Shown: positions 1-10,359 of the stretch, one piece after another
Position numbering within the stretch: the first letter of the stretch is position 1
Layout: every line of letters begins with the position of its first letter
NCBI GenBank assembly: GCA_963755915.1
Contig: CAVWLP010000001.1
Span: forward strand, 29,187 to 93,186
Direction of reading: 5' to 3'
DNA length: 64,000 nt
DNA from: an uncultured Phycisphaerales bacterium
GTDB taxonomy: Bacteria; Planctomycetota; Phycisphaerae; Tepidisphaerales; Tepidisphaeraceae
Made by a program: the position numbers and the translations under genes
The notes under the pieces: model-generated
Database searches by the model: none
The model's input: the letters and a program-made list of their open reading frames with translations, nothing else
What the model was told of the DNA's origin: nothing

Positions 1-750
1 CGATGGAATCGTCAGAACCAGCACGGTCGCCGCAATGGCCGCTGCTTTGAACGCGGCCAGGCTCATCGACATTTGAATCTGCTTCGCAACCGGCGCCAGA
101 TGACTCCCAGACGCCGATGCCGAAATTTGCAGCGACGCCGGCGCCGCGCTGACCGCATGTTTCGCCAGCAGCCCCTCGATCGCGCTCGCCGAAAACGCCG
201 CGTCCGAGCTTACGTTTCTCACCAGAATCCCCCGGAGCCGATCCAGCGCCCGGCTCAACCGCTTCTGCGAGGCTTCCAGCGAAATTCCCAGCAGCGCCGC
301 GATCTCGGCATGCGTCTTCTGCTCGTAAAACCGCAGCAGCACCGCCGCCCTCTCGCGCGGCCCGAGCCGATCCAGCGCCGACTCCAAATCCCCCTCAATC
401 GCCCACCACTGCGAATCGGCCGAAGAGTCTGCGTGAATGGGTTTCATCTTCGCCGCCTCCGATTCATGGCACTCGCGCCGGCGGCGCGCCCGCAGCATGT
501 TCAAGGCACAATACTTTGCCGCCTGATGAAGCCAGGGGCTGAGAGTGTTGAGCTTCATGAGCCGCGGCGCTCGCTGCGCCAGCGCCAGGAACACCGCCTG
601 TGTCGCGTCTTCCGCCAGCGCACGATCACCCAGCCGCCGCAGGCAAACGCTGTGAAGCCAGCGCGAATGCCTTTCGACGATCTGGCGAAACGCCGCATCA
701 GATCGTTCGGCGACAAACTGCCCGATAAGTTGACGGTCGTGGAGCATCAT
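1..750 (-). CDS. ECF sigma-70 factor with C-terminal extension (partial, runs off left edge)
   Basis: Not in the ORF track. My translation from ATG 750: MMLHDRQLIGQFVAERSDAAFRQIVERH...LAEDATQAVFLALA...WLHQAAKY (region 2), LDRLGPRERAAVLLRFYEQKTHAEIAALLGISLEASQKRLSRALDRLR (region 4), then an Ala-rich linker and a hydrophobic AAAIAATVLVLTIP segment. Confidence 0.9.
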   Translation of the reverse strand, partial: MMLHDRQLIGQFVAERSDAAFRQIVERHSRWLHSVCLRRLGDRALAEDATQAVFLALAQRAPRLMKLNTLSPWLHQAAKYCALNMLRARRRRECHESEAAKMKPIHADSSADSQWWAIEGDLESALDRLGPRERAAVLLRFYEQKTHAEIAALLGISLEASQKRLSRALDRLRGILVRNVSSDAAFSASAIEGLLAKHAVSAAPASLQISASASGSHLAPVAKQIQMSMSLAAFKAAAIAATVLVLTIPS

Positions 751-832
751 GCGAGTCTGCTGATATACACCCGCTCTCCCCTTCAATCTGACGCCGCCAA
801 GTCGAGATATTTCAGCGCGATCTATAAATCTA

Positions 833-1957
833 TTATTTGCCGGGCGTTGCAACCGGATACCCCTGCCACAAATACTCCAGCGCCTCCGCCAGCGTCTGCC
901 CCTTCACCGCCCGGTCCGTATGCCCCGCATTCCGCGCAAAGATGAATTGGTAATGATACCCCTTGGCGGCGAGAACCTTCGCCATGTTTTCGTTCGCCAC
1001 AACCCAGTCATGCATGCCGTCCCGCATCGCATTGGGGTTAAAATTGTCCCGATCCCCCACTTCCATCCAGATCCGAATCGGCTTCGCCGGACTCTCCGCA
1101 ATTAGATGCTCATGAAACTCCCAAGCCCCATGCGGCAAGTTCGGATCGCTCGGCCACTGCTGATTCACAAACGTCCCCGAATAGCTCAACACCCGGTGAT
1201 ACCACTCTGGATGAAACCAGGCCATGATCATCGCCGCCGCCCCGCCCGAGCTTCCCCCCATCGTCGCCCGCCCGTCCGGATCGTTCGTCAGCTTCACCCC
1301 GCAATTCGCTTCCACCACCGGCAACACTTCCGTCTCCACAAACTCCGCATATTTTCCCGACATCGTGTCATATTCCAACCCGCGCTCGCTCCCCTGCGCA
1401 TCCCCGCCCCCATTCCCGATCGAAATCGCCACCATCGCCGGAACCTTCCCCTCGGCAATCAGATTATCCAGCGCCGTAAACAACGCTCGATCCGGCCCAT
1501 CCGCCCCGACGATAAACGGCGCTGCCGTCCCCGCCACATATTGCGCCGGAACGTACACGGAAACCTTCCGCGTATAGGGCGCCGGATGGCTGGTCGTCAC
1601 AATCATCTTCGCCGGATCGGCTGGATCCGGCGCCCCAGACGTATGCGGCTCCCGTGCAATCCCCGGATAAATCCGGCTATCCGCAGAGTTCATCGTAAAA
1701 TTAAAAATCTTCCCCCGCCGCACCCCATCCTGCACCGTCATCTCCCCCGCCCGCGGATGCGCCGGCCCGATGATAAAATTCCCATCCGCATCCGCCGCCG
1801 GCAACTGCCCATCCGGCAACTCCGTGGCCGTCACATATCCCGGCGTATGCGGATCCCGCGTCGGCGGCGCAGGGCGCGTCGCCTGCGCGCTGCACACGGC
1901 GCCATCCACGCCAGCCGTCAAAACCACCAGCAATCCAATTCTACAAAACCCTCTCAT
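833..1957 (-). CDS. Secreted esterase, enterochelin-esterase-like alpha/beta hydrolase
   Basis: Signal peptide; VYVPAQY, ERGLEYD and G-G-S-S-G-G nucleophile elbow; C-terminal GH. Confidence 0.8.
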   Translation of the reverse strand: MRGFCRIGLLVVLTAGVDGAVCSAQATRPAPPTRDPHTPGYVTATELPDGQLPAADADGNFIIGPAHPRAGEMTVQDGVRRGKIFNFTMNSADSRIYPGIAREPHTSGAPDPADPAKMIVTTSHPAPYTRKVSVYVPAQYVAGTAAPFIVGADGPDRALFTALDNLIAEGKVPAMVAISIGNGGGDAQGSERGLEYDTMSGKYAEFVETEVLPVVEANCGVKLTNDPDGRATMGGSSGGAAAMIMAWFHPEWYHRVLSYSGTFVNQQWPSDPNLPHGAWEFHEHLIAESPAKPIRIWMEVGDRDNFNPNAMRDGMHDWVVANENMAKVLAAKGYHYQFIFARNAGHTDRAVKGQTLAEALEYLWQGYPVATPGK

Positions 1958-1993
1958 GCCAACGGCCGATTCTATTTCGCGATCGCCAGGCGT

Positions 1994-3563
1994 TCAATTC
2001 TGTGTCGTCGGCGGCGCATCGGCCGGTAGAATCATCATCCGCTGTGATTCCAACCCAAATTTTCTTCTGACTCTCGTTATCGCCGAATTCAACCCTTTTT
2101 CTGCCGCCGCCTCGGTTGGATATCGATGTTCCAAAATCGCCTTCGCCACCCAATCGCAAGCCTGTGCCGTCGCCAAAAAGATCGGCACCACCGCCGATGG
2201 ATCGGCCGTCGGCGTCCCGTGAAGCTGAACATTCACCACCACCCGCATCGAACGATCGATATCAAATTGCCACTTCCCCTCCCGCCGCTCCACGTGCAAC
2301 CGCGCCGACGCCCACGCCGCCAGGATATCCCGATAATTTTCCGGCGCCAGTGCGATCAGTTGCGGCGGAATTCGGATCGTAAATGTCGCGCCGTCACCCT
2401 CTATCTCGGCCGGCGGGACATTGGCAATCAGCTCCGCCACCGAGTCCAGTGTAACTCCGGTTCGAAACCCCGAACCATCGCCCCCAAACGTCGCAGCGCC
2501 CGCGTGGATCAGCCGATTCTGCGCCAGGTCCTGGGCAACAATCCCATCCATCATCGTCGGCGCGATTCGGATCAACATCGAGGCAAGCATACGCCGAATC
2601 GCGATCCCCCTGCCACATCGCGGAGAAAAACGACCTCAGAGCGCCGCGCGGTGTCGTTAGGTCGATCATCGCCGGTTGCGTCGCCGGCGGTGACGCGGGC
2701 AGCGTCAACGTAGAAACCTGCGGCATCGGCGTCGCCACCTGCAATGTTTTCGCTGGAGCTGGGAACGATTGACCCCCATATCCACGGAAGATCGCCCATC
2801 CCCCCGTCGTCAGCGCCGCGACGGCCGCCGCCGCGATCGCGGCCAACTTCACCTGGTTGATGAGCATCATCGCCTTGGTCCCTTTTGCAATCGCAACCCC
2901 CGGCCCGCTGCCTGGAATCGGCGCACGAACCACCCGAATCACGCCCTGTGCTACCGCCCGGCGAGCTTCCACACTGATCCCGCTGCCGCGCAACTGTTCG
3001 CTCAAAACCCCCGCCAGCAGCGACGAATCGGCTGTGATCCCGCGACGCCGGAAATAGCTTCGCAGCTTCTCCATCGCACGGACAACGCGCTTTTGCGCCG
3101 CCGGCTCCGAAACCGCCAGGTTCGCCGCCACCTCCGCGATCGGCTGCTCGCGCAGAAAACTCAGGATCAGCGCCTCGCGATCGCCGGCGCTCAGCCGTCC
3201 TAGCGCGTCGTCCAGAAAATCGAGCATATCGACGGAATTTTTCTGCTCGGATTTTTCATCCCGGTTCATGGCAACCACCTGCTCCCGGCGCTGCCGTCGC
3301 TGCCGGCTTTTGCGAATGTTGGCGCACACGAAACGCGACGTCGTCAACAGCCAGCTCCCCAAACGGTCCCCCGCCACCGAGCCCGCCTTTTCGCTGAGAA
3401 GCAAAAACACCGCCTGCGTCGCGTCCTCGGCCAGATGCCGGTCCCGAAGCTGCCGGCAGCAGGCCGAAAACACCAGCCCAAGATAAAACTCCACCACCCC
3501 CCTGAACGCCTCCTCCGATCCCGTGGCGGCATATTCCGCGAGCAATTCCGATGGTTCCGCCAT
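1994..3563 (-). CDS. ECF sigma factor with TM helix and long C-terminal extension (frameshift near 2565)
   Basis: MAEPSELLAEY...LAEDATQAVF...DREALILSFLREQPIAEVAANLAVSEPAAQKRVVRA; TM AAIAAAAVAALTTGGWAIF; continues into ORF 1994..2590. Confidence 0.8.
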
Positions 3564-3709
3564 AGCCACTTCGTCTCTCATTACCCAGGCAATGTGCGCC
3601 AAACCTTCCTTTTGGACAAATAATCCCCGCGGCGCCCTCTCAACGTCGCCACCCGCGAGGTTGCCGGACAATGGAAAGCCTGACCTGAACTGAGATATTC
3701 TCAATACGC

Positions 3710-4087
3710 ATGAAACCCAAACCAATCGCCTACTGGACCACCACGACACTCCTCGCCTTCTTCCTCCTCACCGGCGGCATCGGCGAGCTCCTTCGTCCCC
3801 CCGACGCCGTCAAAGGCATGGCCCTCATCGGATACCGGCCCTACGTCATGACCCTCCTCGGCGTCTGGAAAATCCTCGGCTTTGTAGCCATCCTGATCCC
3901 CCGTTTCCCGCGCCTGAAAGAATGGGCCTACGCCGGCATTTTCTTCGACCTCACCGGCGCCGCCATCTCCCACGCGGCCAGCGCGGATTACGGCCCCGGC
4001 GCGTTCCACATCATCGTCCCCCTCGCCCTCGCGGGACTCGCCATTGCATCGTGGGCGCTGCGACCTGCTTCCCGAAGACTCGCATAA
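3710..4087 (+). CDS. DoxX-family membrane protein
   Basis: 125 aa, four hydrophobic segments, LGVWKILG...RLKEWAYAG motif. Confidence 0.8.
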   Translation: MKPKPIAYWTTTTLLAFFLLTGGIGELLRPPDAVKGMALIGYRPYVMTLLGVWKILGFVAILIPRFPRLKEWAYAGIFFDLTGAAISHAASADYGPGAFHIIVPLALAGLAIASWALRPASRRLA

Positions 4088-4142
4088 AGTGTGAGCTCCC
4101 CTCTTAATCCGCGCCGGCTCGACTGAGCGCTCGCCGAAGTCC

Positions 4143-4297
4143 ATCCGCGCAATCCGCGGTTCCATCATTTCTCTGTCACCAGATTTCAGAAGAGATGGTT
4201 CGCGCAGAGGACTTCGACGAGCTCAGTCGAGTCGCGCAGGGCCCGCAGAGAAATTCAATTAAAAACTCAGCGCCTCTGCGCGAACTTATCTTCTTCC
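4143..4297. repeat. ~155-bp composite palindromic repeat, copy 1
   Basis: atccgcgc..atccgcggttc..ccagatttca..tcgcgcagaggacttcgacgagctcagtcgagtcgcgcag..gcagagaaattcaatt..cgcctctgcgcga; colinear with 6745-6908. Confidence 0.85.
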
Positions 4298-4299
4298 CG

Positions 4300-4867
4300 C
4301 TAACCCGCCTTATGCACACCGATGCCCCACACCGACATCCGATCCAGAAGCTTGTCCCGCAGGACGACCGTATGAAACAGCACCGCGCATAAAGTGAGCC
4401 AGAAAAGTCGCGAACAGCGCATAAGCGAGAATCGTGTGCGACTTGCGTAAGACCGCATAAAGCATCGGACTGGCCGGCAAAATGGGCGGGAGGTGCAGCG
4501 ATCCAACCATCACGATCGGATAGCTCCCCGCCGACAGCATTCCCCAGCCCACCAGTGGAAGCACGAACATCAGCGAATACAGGAGAATCTCCGACACGTG
4601 CGCCACGCGCCGCTCCTGCCGTGACATCGTCGGCGGAAAAGGAGGCAGTCTGCTGATCTTCCGATTCACAAAACGAATCACCACCACGATCAAAATCAGA
4701 ATTCCCAGCGGCCGGTGGATCGACACCAGCCGATGATAATCCGCCAGCGACGCCACCATCGCCACTCCGATGAACAGCATCGCCAGAACCATCGCCGCCA
4801 TCAGCCAATGCAGAATCCGCATCAGCACCGGAAACCGTGCCGGTTCAGTTGTGCCCTGCTCACTCAT
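4300..4867 (-). CDS. Cytochrome b561-type membrane protein (frameshift near 4390)
   Basis: LHWLMA, HRPLG, H..LAY and AH heme-ligand His residues; C-terminus LFHTVVLRDKLLDRM lies in the adjacent frame. Confidence 0.85.
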
Positions 4868-5976
4868 TTCCCCACCTCCGCACTCGTTACCGCACTGGGC
4901 TCCTTCGTCTCCCCTTCCCTCCTGGTAAACGACTGTGAGTAGACCGCCGACCGGGCACTCAGCAGCGGATCATCCGAAGGCTCGATTCCTGCCGGAAGCA
5001 CCAGCGGATCGAAATTGATATCCCGCGCCGCGCCGGTGTCGTCGCTCTCAACTCGGTCAAGCGTAACCGTTCCCACGTCCACCTGCTGCCGATCCGCCGG
5101 CCATGGAATCGTCGCGTCGTTGGTCGGATCGCCGCTTTGGCCAACGATGATGATGAGGTGCCACTGCAATGGCTGTTCATGGATCTTTTCGATCAGTGCG
5201 TCGAACAGATAATTCTTATCCGGCGAATTCGAATCCATGCTCGCCGCCTCGAACGGCTGCATTGGCGTCAGAATCCAGCGCACCGGGACGGAAGTCCCTG
5301 CCGCGCTGACAAACCAAAATGCATTAAGGCTATGGAAAGTGCTGTTGTCGAATCCCGAGGAAGGCGCCTGGCTTTTAATGATCTTCAGCGCCGCCTGCGT
5401 TTCCGGATAGCGTTCGAGGAATGCCTTCATCATTGCGGGATCGGGCTTACCCGTTGTGGGATCGGGTTTCGACGCCAGTAGCTGATCGTAAAAAGCCTGG
5501 GGCGTACTGAACGGGAACACCGGCAAGTTGACCATCGCCATTCGCCAATATTCACCGTCGGGCAGCGCAAACTGAAGCCCAAAACCGCGAACCGCGTCAG
5601 GCCGGTCGGCAGCATAGGGCTCTCCACCCCCCAGAGAGAACCGGCCTATTAACGGGATCCGCCCAGGGCGAAATACCGCCGCCTTGCAGAGGCCGACGCC
5701 ATTGCCGTTGCTCTCAAAGAACCCGTAAACGTCCACCCCCTTGGCATGGTTCCGACGGAACCCGGGATGGACGCCATTGACCTGTTCGAACCCGTTGGCA
5801 AACCGCACGGGCGTCAGTTCATCGGGAGTCAGCCAACCCCCGCAGTAAAGAAAGACGCACGCGATGCCCCCCACCACCATCGCTATAAAGGCAAGCCTGG
5901 GAGAGTCCTTCCTTGGGGTGATCGCCATCCTGCGGTCCTCCGAATCCTTAAAACTCTGAGCGCGCGCCATGGACAT
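4864..5976 (-). CDS. Catalase-related peroxidase (SrpA family)
   Basis: N-terminal TM; RRNHAKG, GRFSLGGG, NFDPLVLP.GIEPSDDPLLSARSAVY; overlaps the cytochrome b start. Confidence 0.88.
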   Translation of the reverse strand: MSMARAQSFKDSEDRRMAITPRKDSPRLAFIAMVVGGIACVFLYCGGWLTPDELTPVRFANGFEQVNGVHPGFRRNHAKGVDVYGFFESNGNGVGLCKAAVFRPGRIPLIGRFSLGGGEPYAADRPDAVRGFGLQFALPDGEYWRMAMVNLPVFPFSTPQAFYDQLLASKPDPTTGKPDPAMMKAFLERYPETQAALKIIKSQAPSSGFDNSTFHSLNAFWFVSAAGTSVPVRWILTPMQPFEAASMDSNSPDKNYLFDALIEKIHEQPLQWHLIIIVGQSGDPTNDATIPWPADRQQVDVGTVTLDRVESDDTGAARDINFDPLVLPAGIEPSDDPLLSARSAVYSQSFTRREGETKEPSAVTSAEVGK

Positions 5977-6240
5977 TTCCCGTACTGCCCTCCGGCAATC
6001 ATTGTCTGACCCCCCCGCTCAATTTCGTGAACCAACACGGAAGCGCAATGACACGAAAAACGGAAATGAATCTACTGGAATTGGCTCGCAAGGATGAGCT
6101 TGCCATCCCCGCCATCGCGGCTGCCTTGGCCGGTGTCCGCGGAGCACTTCGCGAGATCGCATGCGATCTTGAACTAAGGCGCACGCCCTCGCAAATCAGT
6201 CCCCTTGCCACTTCCCATCCTGACAGATCGGCGGCCTGCA

Positions 6241-6399
6241 ATGACTGAGTCAACAAACAATTTAAAGCGTGCGCCAGCAGCGGTCGATTCAATTGACCGC
6301 ACCGCTTCCGCGCGAAGGCTCGATCGCATCACCGGATACGCAATTCTCAGCGTTGCCCTCGTTGGATTTGCCTCGCTGATCCTCTACTGCGGCCGGTAA
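6241..6399 (+). CDS. Small single-TM hypothetical protein
   Basis: MTESTNN...YAILSVALVGFASLILYCGR, hydrophobic C-terminus. Confidence 0.35.
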   Translation: MTESTNNLKRAPAAVDSIDRTASARRLDRITGYAILSVALVGFASLILYCGR

Positions 6400-6559
6400 T
6401 TCAGTAAACTGCCCCAGCTCTCCCGGCGTGAGGGATTATCGGCGGGTCGTTATGCAACCCTTCATGTTCCGTCGGTTATCTAATTTTGCCCTGCTTTGTG
6501 GACGATGGGTCTAAGTATGGCCCGCACACCGCGAGGCTAAATACCAGGGAGAATCGGCG

Positions 6560-6637
6560 ATGAAACATAAAACCATGGGTTGGATCATTCTGGCCGGCAG
6601 CGTGCTTTCCGTGGCCCTTGCGATCTTCAGCAGCTGA
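6560..6637 (+). CDS. Putative 25-aa hydrophobic peptide
   Basis: AGGGAGA upstream; MKHKTMGWIILAGSVLSVALAIFSS*. Confidence 0.35.
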   Translation: MKHKTMGWIILAGSVLSVALAIFSS

Positions 6638-6744
6638 TTTGGCCGTCAGAACGAAGCTCACTTCCCGAAATGACGGCGCCGTCGCGCCTTTTATTTTTGG
6701 CGCGACGGATTAGCCGGATTCTCGGAATAACAAATCTTCTCCTC

Positions 6745-6908
6745 ATCCGCGCCCATCCGCGGTTCGATCATCTTTCAGTACCCAGATTTCAAAACCGCTA
6801 GATCGCGCAGAGGACTTCGATGAGCTCAGTCGAGTCGCGCAGAGCTCGCAGAGAAATTCAATTTAAAACCTCGGCGCTCCGCGCCTCTGCGCGAAAATCT
6901 CCTCTTCC
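6745..6908. repeat. ~160-bp composite palindromic repeat, copy 2
   Basis: Direct repeat of 4143-4297 with internal inverted arms tcgcgcagagg/cctctgcgcga. Confidence 0.85.
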
Positions 6909-6951
6909 TTAACAATGGAAAGATTCAGCGCTGCGATTTACGCTTACGCCG

Positions 6952-7698
6952 ATGCAAGCCCGCGCGATTCTTTGGGACGTCGGCGGAACCCTCGTCGACT
7001 TCGCCTGCACCTTGCCCACCGCGGTTCGAAGCAGATTGTCGACATGTGGCGTGAATCACTCCCGCCTTTCAGACAACCGAATCGAGCACACCTACACGGA
7101 ATTTATCGCCGCTGAACGAACCTGGCGGACGATCGAGCACGAGCGAGAGGCGGAAACGCGGTGGCTCCACGATTTGCTCGCCGATACGGGCCTGGACCCA
7201 ACAACAATCAACCGCGCCGCCCGCGAAATGCCCCGATATTTCAACCTCTACCGCCCCGTAGAAGGAATCCTCGAACTGCTCGCCGAATTGCAAACGCGCG
7301 GCACGAAGATGGCAATCGTCTCCAATTGGCCTCCCTCCCTGCCGGAATTCTTAAATCACCACGGCCTGCTCTCATTTTTCGACGCAGTCATCTTTTCCGC
7401 CCAGGACAGCATCCACAAGCCCGACCCCAAAATCTTCCTCCGCGCCCTCGCTGCCATCCGCGCCCGCCCAGAAGAGTCTATTTTCATCGGCAACGATTTA
7501 GTTCAGGACATCGCGGGCGCAGCGCTCGTGGGAATGACAACGATTCATTTCGATCCGCGAAAACAATGCGAGACGTGCGACGCCGATGAGATTACCGGCC
7601 TGCGCCGAATTCTTGGCGCGAAATTAAACCGCGAAAGGCGCCGCGGACCTGGTGAGGAAACCGAATCTGGCGAAATTGGTAACCGTGCATTTTATTGA
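6952..7698 (+). CDS. HAD-superfamily hydrolase
   Basis: WDVGGTL motif I, VSN, KPDPKIF, GNDLVQDI.GA. Confidence 0.88.
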   Translation: MQARAILWDVGGTLVDFACTLPTAVRSRLSTCGVNHSRLSDNRIEHTYTEFIAAERTWRTIEHEREAETRWLHDLLADTGLDPTTINRAAREMPRYFNLYRPVEGILELLAELQTRGTKMAIVSNWPPSLPEFLNHHGLLSFFDAVIFSAQDSIHKPDPKIFLRALAAIRARPEESIFIGNDLVQDIAGAALVGMTTIHFDPRKQCETCDADEITGLRRILGAKLNRERRRGPGEETESGEIGNRAFY

Positions 7699-7708
7699 CG
7701 AGTAGCCC

Positions 7709-7936
7709 ATGCAATTGCCCGGAAAACGAGTAAAGCGTACGCGTCTGGTTCGAACCGATCGGTACGTCGTGGCGGTCGAGGTGGAGGCCGTGATCCTCGA
7801 CGCCGCCCCCGAAGAACCGTGCTACGAGCCCCAGGTCGTAGAGCTGCTGCACCAGATTGAAGCACATGCAAGGAACGGAGACCTAGATTGGCTTAAGCAG
7901 CACGGAAAAGTCTATGCAGCGGTAGAGGCCGCCTGA
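7709..7936 (+). CDS. Hypothetical protein (75 aa)
   Basis: Compact ORF with protein-like composition filling the gap between the HAD and GH52 genes. Confidence 0.55.
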   Translation: MQLPGKRVKRTRLVRTDRYVVAVEVEAVILDAAPEEPCYEPQVVELLHQIEAHARNGDLDWLKQHGKVYAAVEAA

Positions 7937-7973
7937 TCAGAAATCCCCGCGAATCTCTGTCCAACTCCCCCTG

Positions 7974-10247
7974 CTACACCTTCCCCAAAATCGTCGAAGG
8001 CCGATTCTCCATCGGCATCGTCGTCACCCGCACACTGTGCGGCTCCTCCAGCCACAGCGCCGCGGTAATAATCCTCGGATAATACCGGCTCCCCTTCGCC
8101 TCCCCGCTGACGAACTGGTCCGAGCACGCCCAGTACCCGCTCCCATCCGTCTGCCAGCGAACGTGCGCCCCATCCGCCTTGCGCATGATCGCCGCCACGC
8201 GCGGGTCCGTCTGCTCCAGCCGCAGGATCGCACGGGCGACATACTGGAAGATGGCAATCTTGCTCATCCACGAGTTGCTCGAGGTGGACGACAGCTTGAT
8301 CCCCCCATCCGCAAACAAGTTCGCGGTCTCACGATCGGTCAGCAGCTTGACCGTATGCCGACGCAGCGCCGCGATCAGGTCTCCCTGAAGATGCCGCGCC
8401 AGCATTTCCGGCGCATCCCCTGCCGTAAGGATCGGCCACTGCCGAATCAAATCCAGCCAATACGCCGGATAAACCAGCGCCTCCGCCACGGGCAAAATCC
8501 TCGACGCATACCCCGGATTATTCTTCTCCAGCACCGCGGGAATGGCCCCATCCACAGCCGAATCCACCAGCGTCTGCGCCAGTTGATCCGCCAGACTCCC
8601 CAGCGGCTCCGCCGGCACGTCGCCCGCCACAATCCGCAGCCGCGACATCACCTCCAGCGCGATCCACGTCGCCCAGCACTTGGTACCCAGATAGGTATTC
8701 GCCCGCGCCTGCCCCAGCGATTCATCCAGCGAGTCATACGTGGTGATTTCCTTCCCATCCTCGCACCGCGAGCTGTCATGGGCCATCAGCCCGGTTCGCG
8801 GATTGGCCCGCGCCGCCATGCTCTGGGCGCACGCATCCAGCAGATGCTTGTTGGCCAGCATCCAGTCGATATCCCGCGTCGCCACGACATATGAAGCAGC
8901 CATCAGCACCCAATTACAAAGCTGCTCCTGCGTCATGTATGAGAAGCACCCCTTCAGATGCGCCAGCTCATAGCTGCTGTCGCCCGGCGGGGAAAAATTG
9001 TTGTTGATACCCATGTCATGACAAAACGAAATCCCCCCCGGCAGCAGCGCCGAGCGCGATTTCACCTGGTCGTGATAGCTATACCTTCGCGCCGCCAGCG
9101 AAAGAATATTCCGCACCGCCCACGGATTATATTTCAGCTCCCAGAACATCTGATCGACCGCCAAGTCGAGGGTGTTCATCATGCAGTATTCACCCTCGTT
9201 CACGATCCACACCGGCTCCCCGCCCACATCGAGCAGTTGCGTATTCCCGTAATATCCGCGCGTCCCCTGCGCGATCTGAAACTGCTGGTCTTCAGAAAGT
9301 CCCGAATCCATCAGCTTCGAATCCAGATCCGCCGCCGTCGCGCGAAGCTCGCCGGCGCGATCCAGCCCCGTCATCAGGACTTCGTCGAGATTTGTGTAAT
9401 AGCGGTTGTAGTAATACTGCCCTTCAAGCCCGGTAGTCGCGATGCCATCGAGATGTACGCCGATCGAAAGCACCAATGTTTTGCGGCACCCCGCCGGCAC
9501 TTCCATCGCCAGCCCCGCGCAAGTTCCCAGCGCATGCACCGAATTGATATCCGTCAGTCCCTCAGCTACCAGCCAGCGCTGAAGCGGAAAAAATTCCCCG
9601 CCGGCATTTGGAAAATCAGATTCGATGGTTCCCAGCACGCCCATGCTTCGCCGCCAGGCAAAGCCGATCTTCGTCTGACCCGGATCGTTGGACTCAAATT
9701 GCAAAATGCGCGCGCCGGGGTTGATGAAATCGATGGCAAAGACCCCGGTCTTGGTTTCCGTCCCCAGCCGGTTATCCACTTCAAGCGTTGCAACGACGCC
9801 CGGCAAGAGGCAGGCCTTCAGCGTTTCCGATTCGCCATTGGGCTCGGGAATTGGAAAAAAGGGTGAATAGATTGTGAACTTGAAATCAGGCGTCTGCCAG
9901 GTGTCGGTTGCCCACCCAAACGTGCGCCGAATTTCGCTGACTTTGTACGGCTGAAGCGAGTGATGCACCGGCGGCGCATGCTCTTCATTGACTTCGTAAG
10001 ATGAAGCCGGGTCGTGCAGCCCCGATCCCACCTTGAAAAACGGGAGGCAGCGGATGGGGTTAAACGACTTTTTTCCGCCGTGCTTCACACCGATGTAAAG
10101 GTTTTGATTGGCGGGCTTTCCGATTTCGACACCAATGCCGCCGGCGGTGTTGAAATGCCCGCAGGTAAAGCTCATGTACGCACCAATGGGCGCGTGCTGG
10201 GCGTTGAAGTTGATATTGCCCTGAAAGGGCAAGAGTTCACAAAACAC
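7974..10247 (-). CDS. GH52 beta-xylosidase
   Basis: FNAQHAPIGAYMSFTCG, WIVNEGEYCMMNTLDL, EITTYDSLDESLGQAR, LSSTSSNSWMSKI, GSRYYPR. Confidence 0.9.
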   Translation of the reverse strand: MFCELLPFQGNINFNAQHAPIGAYMSFTCGHFNTAGGIGVEIGKPANQNLYIGVKHGGKKSFNPIRCLPFFKVGSGLHDPASSYEVNEEHAPPVHHSLQPYKVSEIRRTFGWATDTWQTPDFKFTIYSPFFPIPEPNGESETLKACLLPGVVATLEVDNRLGTETKTGVFAIDFINPGARILQFESNDPGQTKIGFAWRRSMGVLGTIESDFPNAGGEFFPLQRWLVAEGLTDINSVHALGTCAGLAMEVPAGCRKTLVLSIGVHLDGIATTGLEGQYYYNRYYTNLDEVLMTGLDRAGELRATAADLDSKLMDSGLSEDQQFQIAQGTRGYYGNTQLLDVGGEPVWIVNEGEYCMMNTLDLAVDQMFWELKYNPWAVRNILSLAARRYSYHDQVKSRSALLPGGISFCHDMGINNNFSPPGDSSYELAHLKGCFSYMTQEQLCNWVLMAASYVVATRDIDWMLANKHLLDACAQSMAARANPRTGLMAHDSSRCEDGKEITTYDSLDESLGQARANTYLGTKCWATWIALEVMSRLRIVAGDVPAEPLGSLADQLAQTLVDSAVDGAIPAVLEKNNPGYASRILPVAEALVYPAYWLDLIRQWPILTAGDAPEMLARHLQGDLIAALRRHTVKLLTDRETANLFADGGIKLSSTSSNSWMSKIAIFQYVARAILRLEQTDPRVAAIMRKADGAHVRWQTDGSGYWACSDQFVSGEAKGSRYYPRIITAALWLEEPHSVRVTTMPMENRPSTILGKV

Positions 10248-10269
10248 GACTGATACCCGGGCTCCCTTC

Positions 10270-10281
10270 GTAAGCGTTTAC
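10270..10281. promoter_or_regulatory. LacI-type operator GTAAGCGTTTAC
   Basis: Palindrome GTAANCGNTTAC about 22 bp upstream of the GH52 start; four further copies in the locus. Confidence 0.75.
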
Positions 10282-10359
10282 TTGACCTGAATCATTCTAG
10301 CGATTTTTAGGTGCAAGGGAAGAGAAATCGTTTGCTAGGCGAAACCAGCTCAAAAACGA

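Noticed and set aside
73-945. 290-aa plus-strand ORF and the many similar Arg/Pro-rich ORFs in the track
   Set aside because: Shadow frames antisense to well-supported genes (here the ECF sigma at 1-750), as expected at high GC.
4107-6908. CRISPR array
   Set aside because: Only 2-3 dispersed copies, no regular repeat-spacer period, no cas genes in the window.
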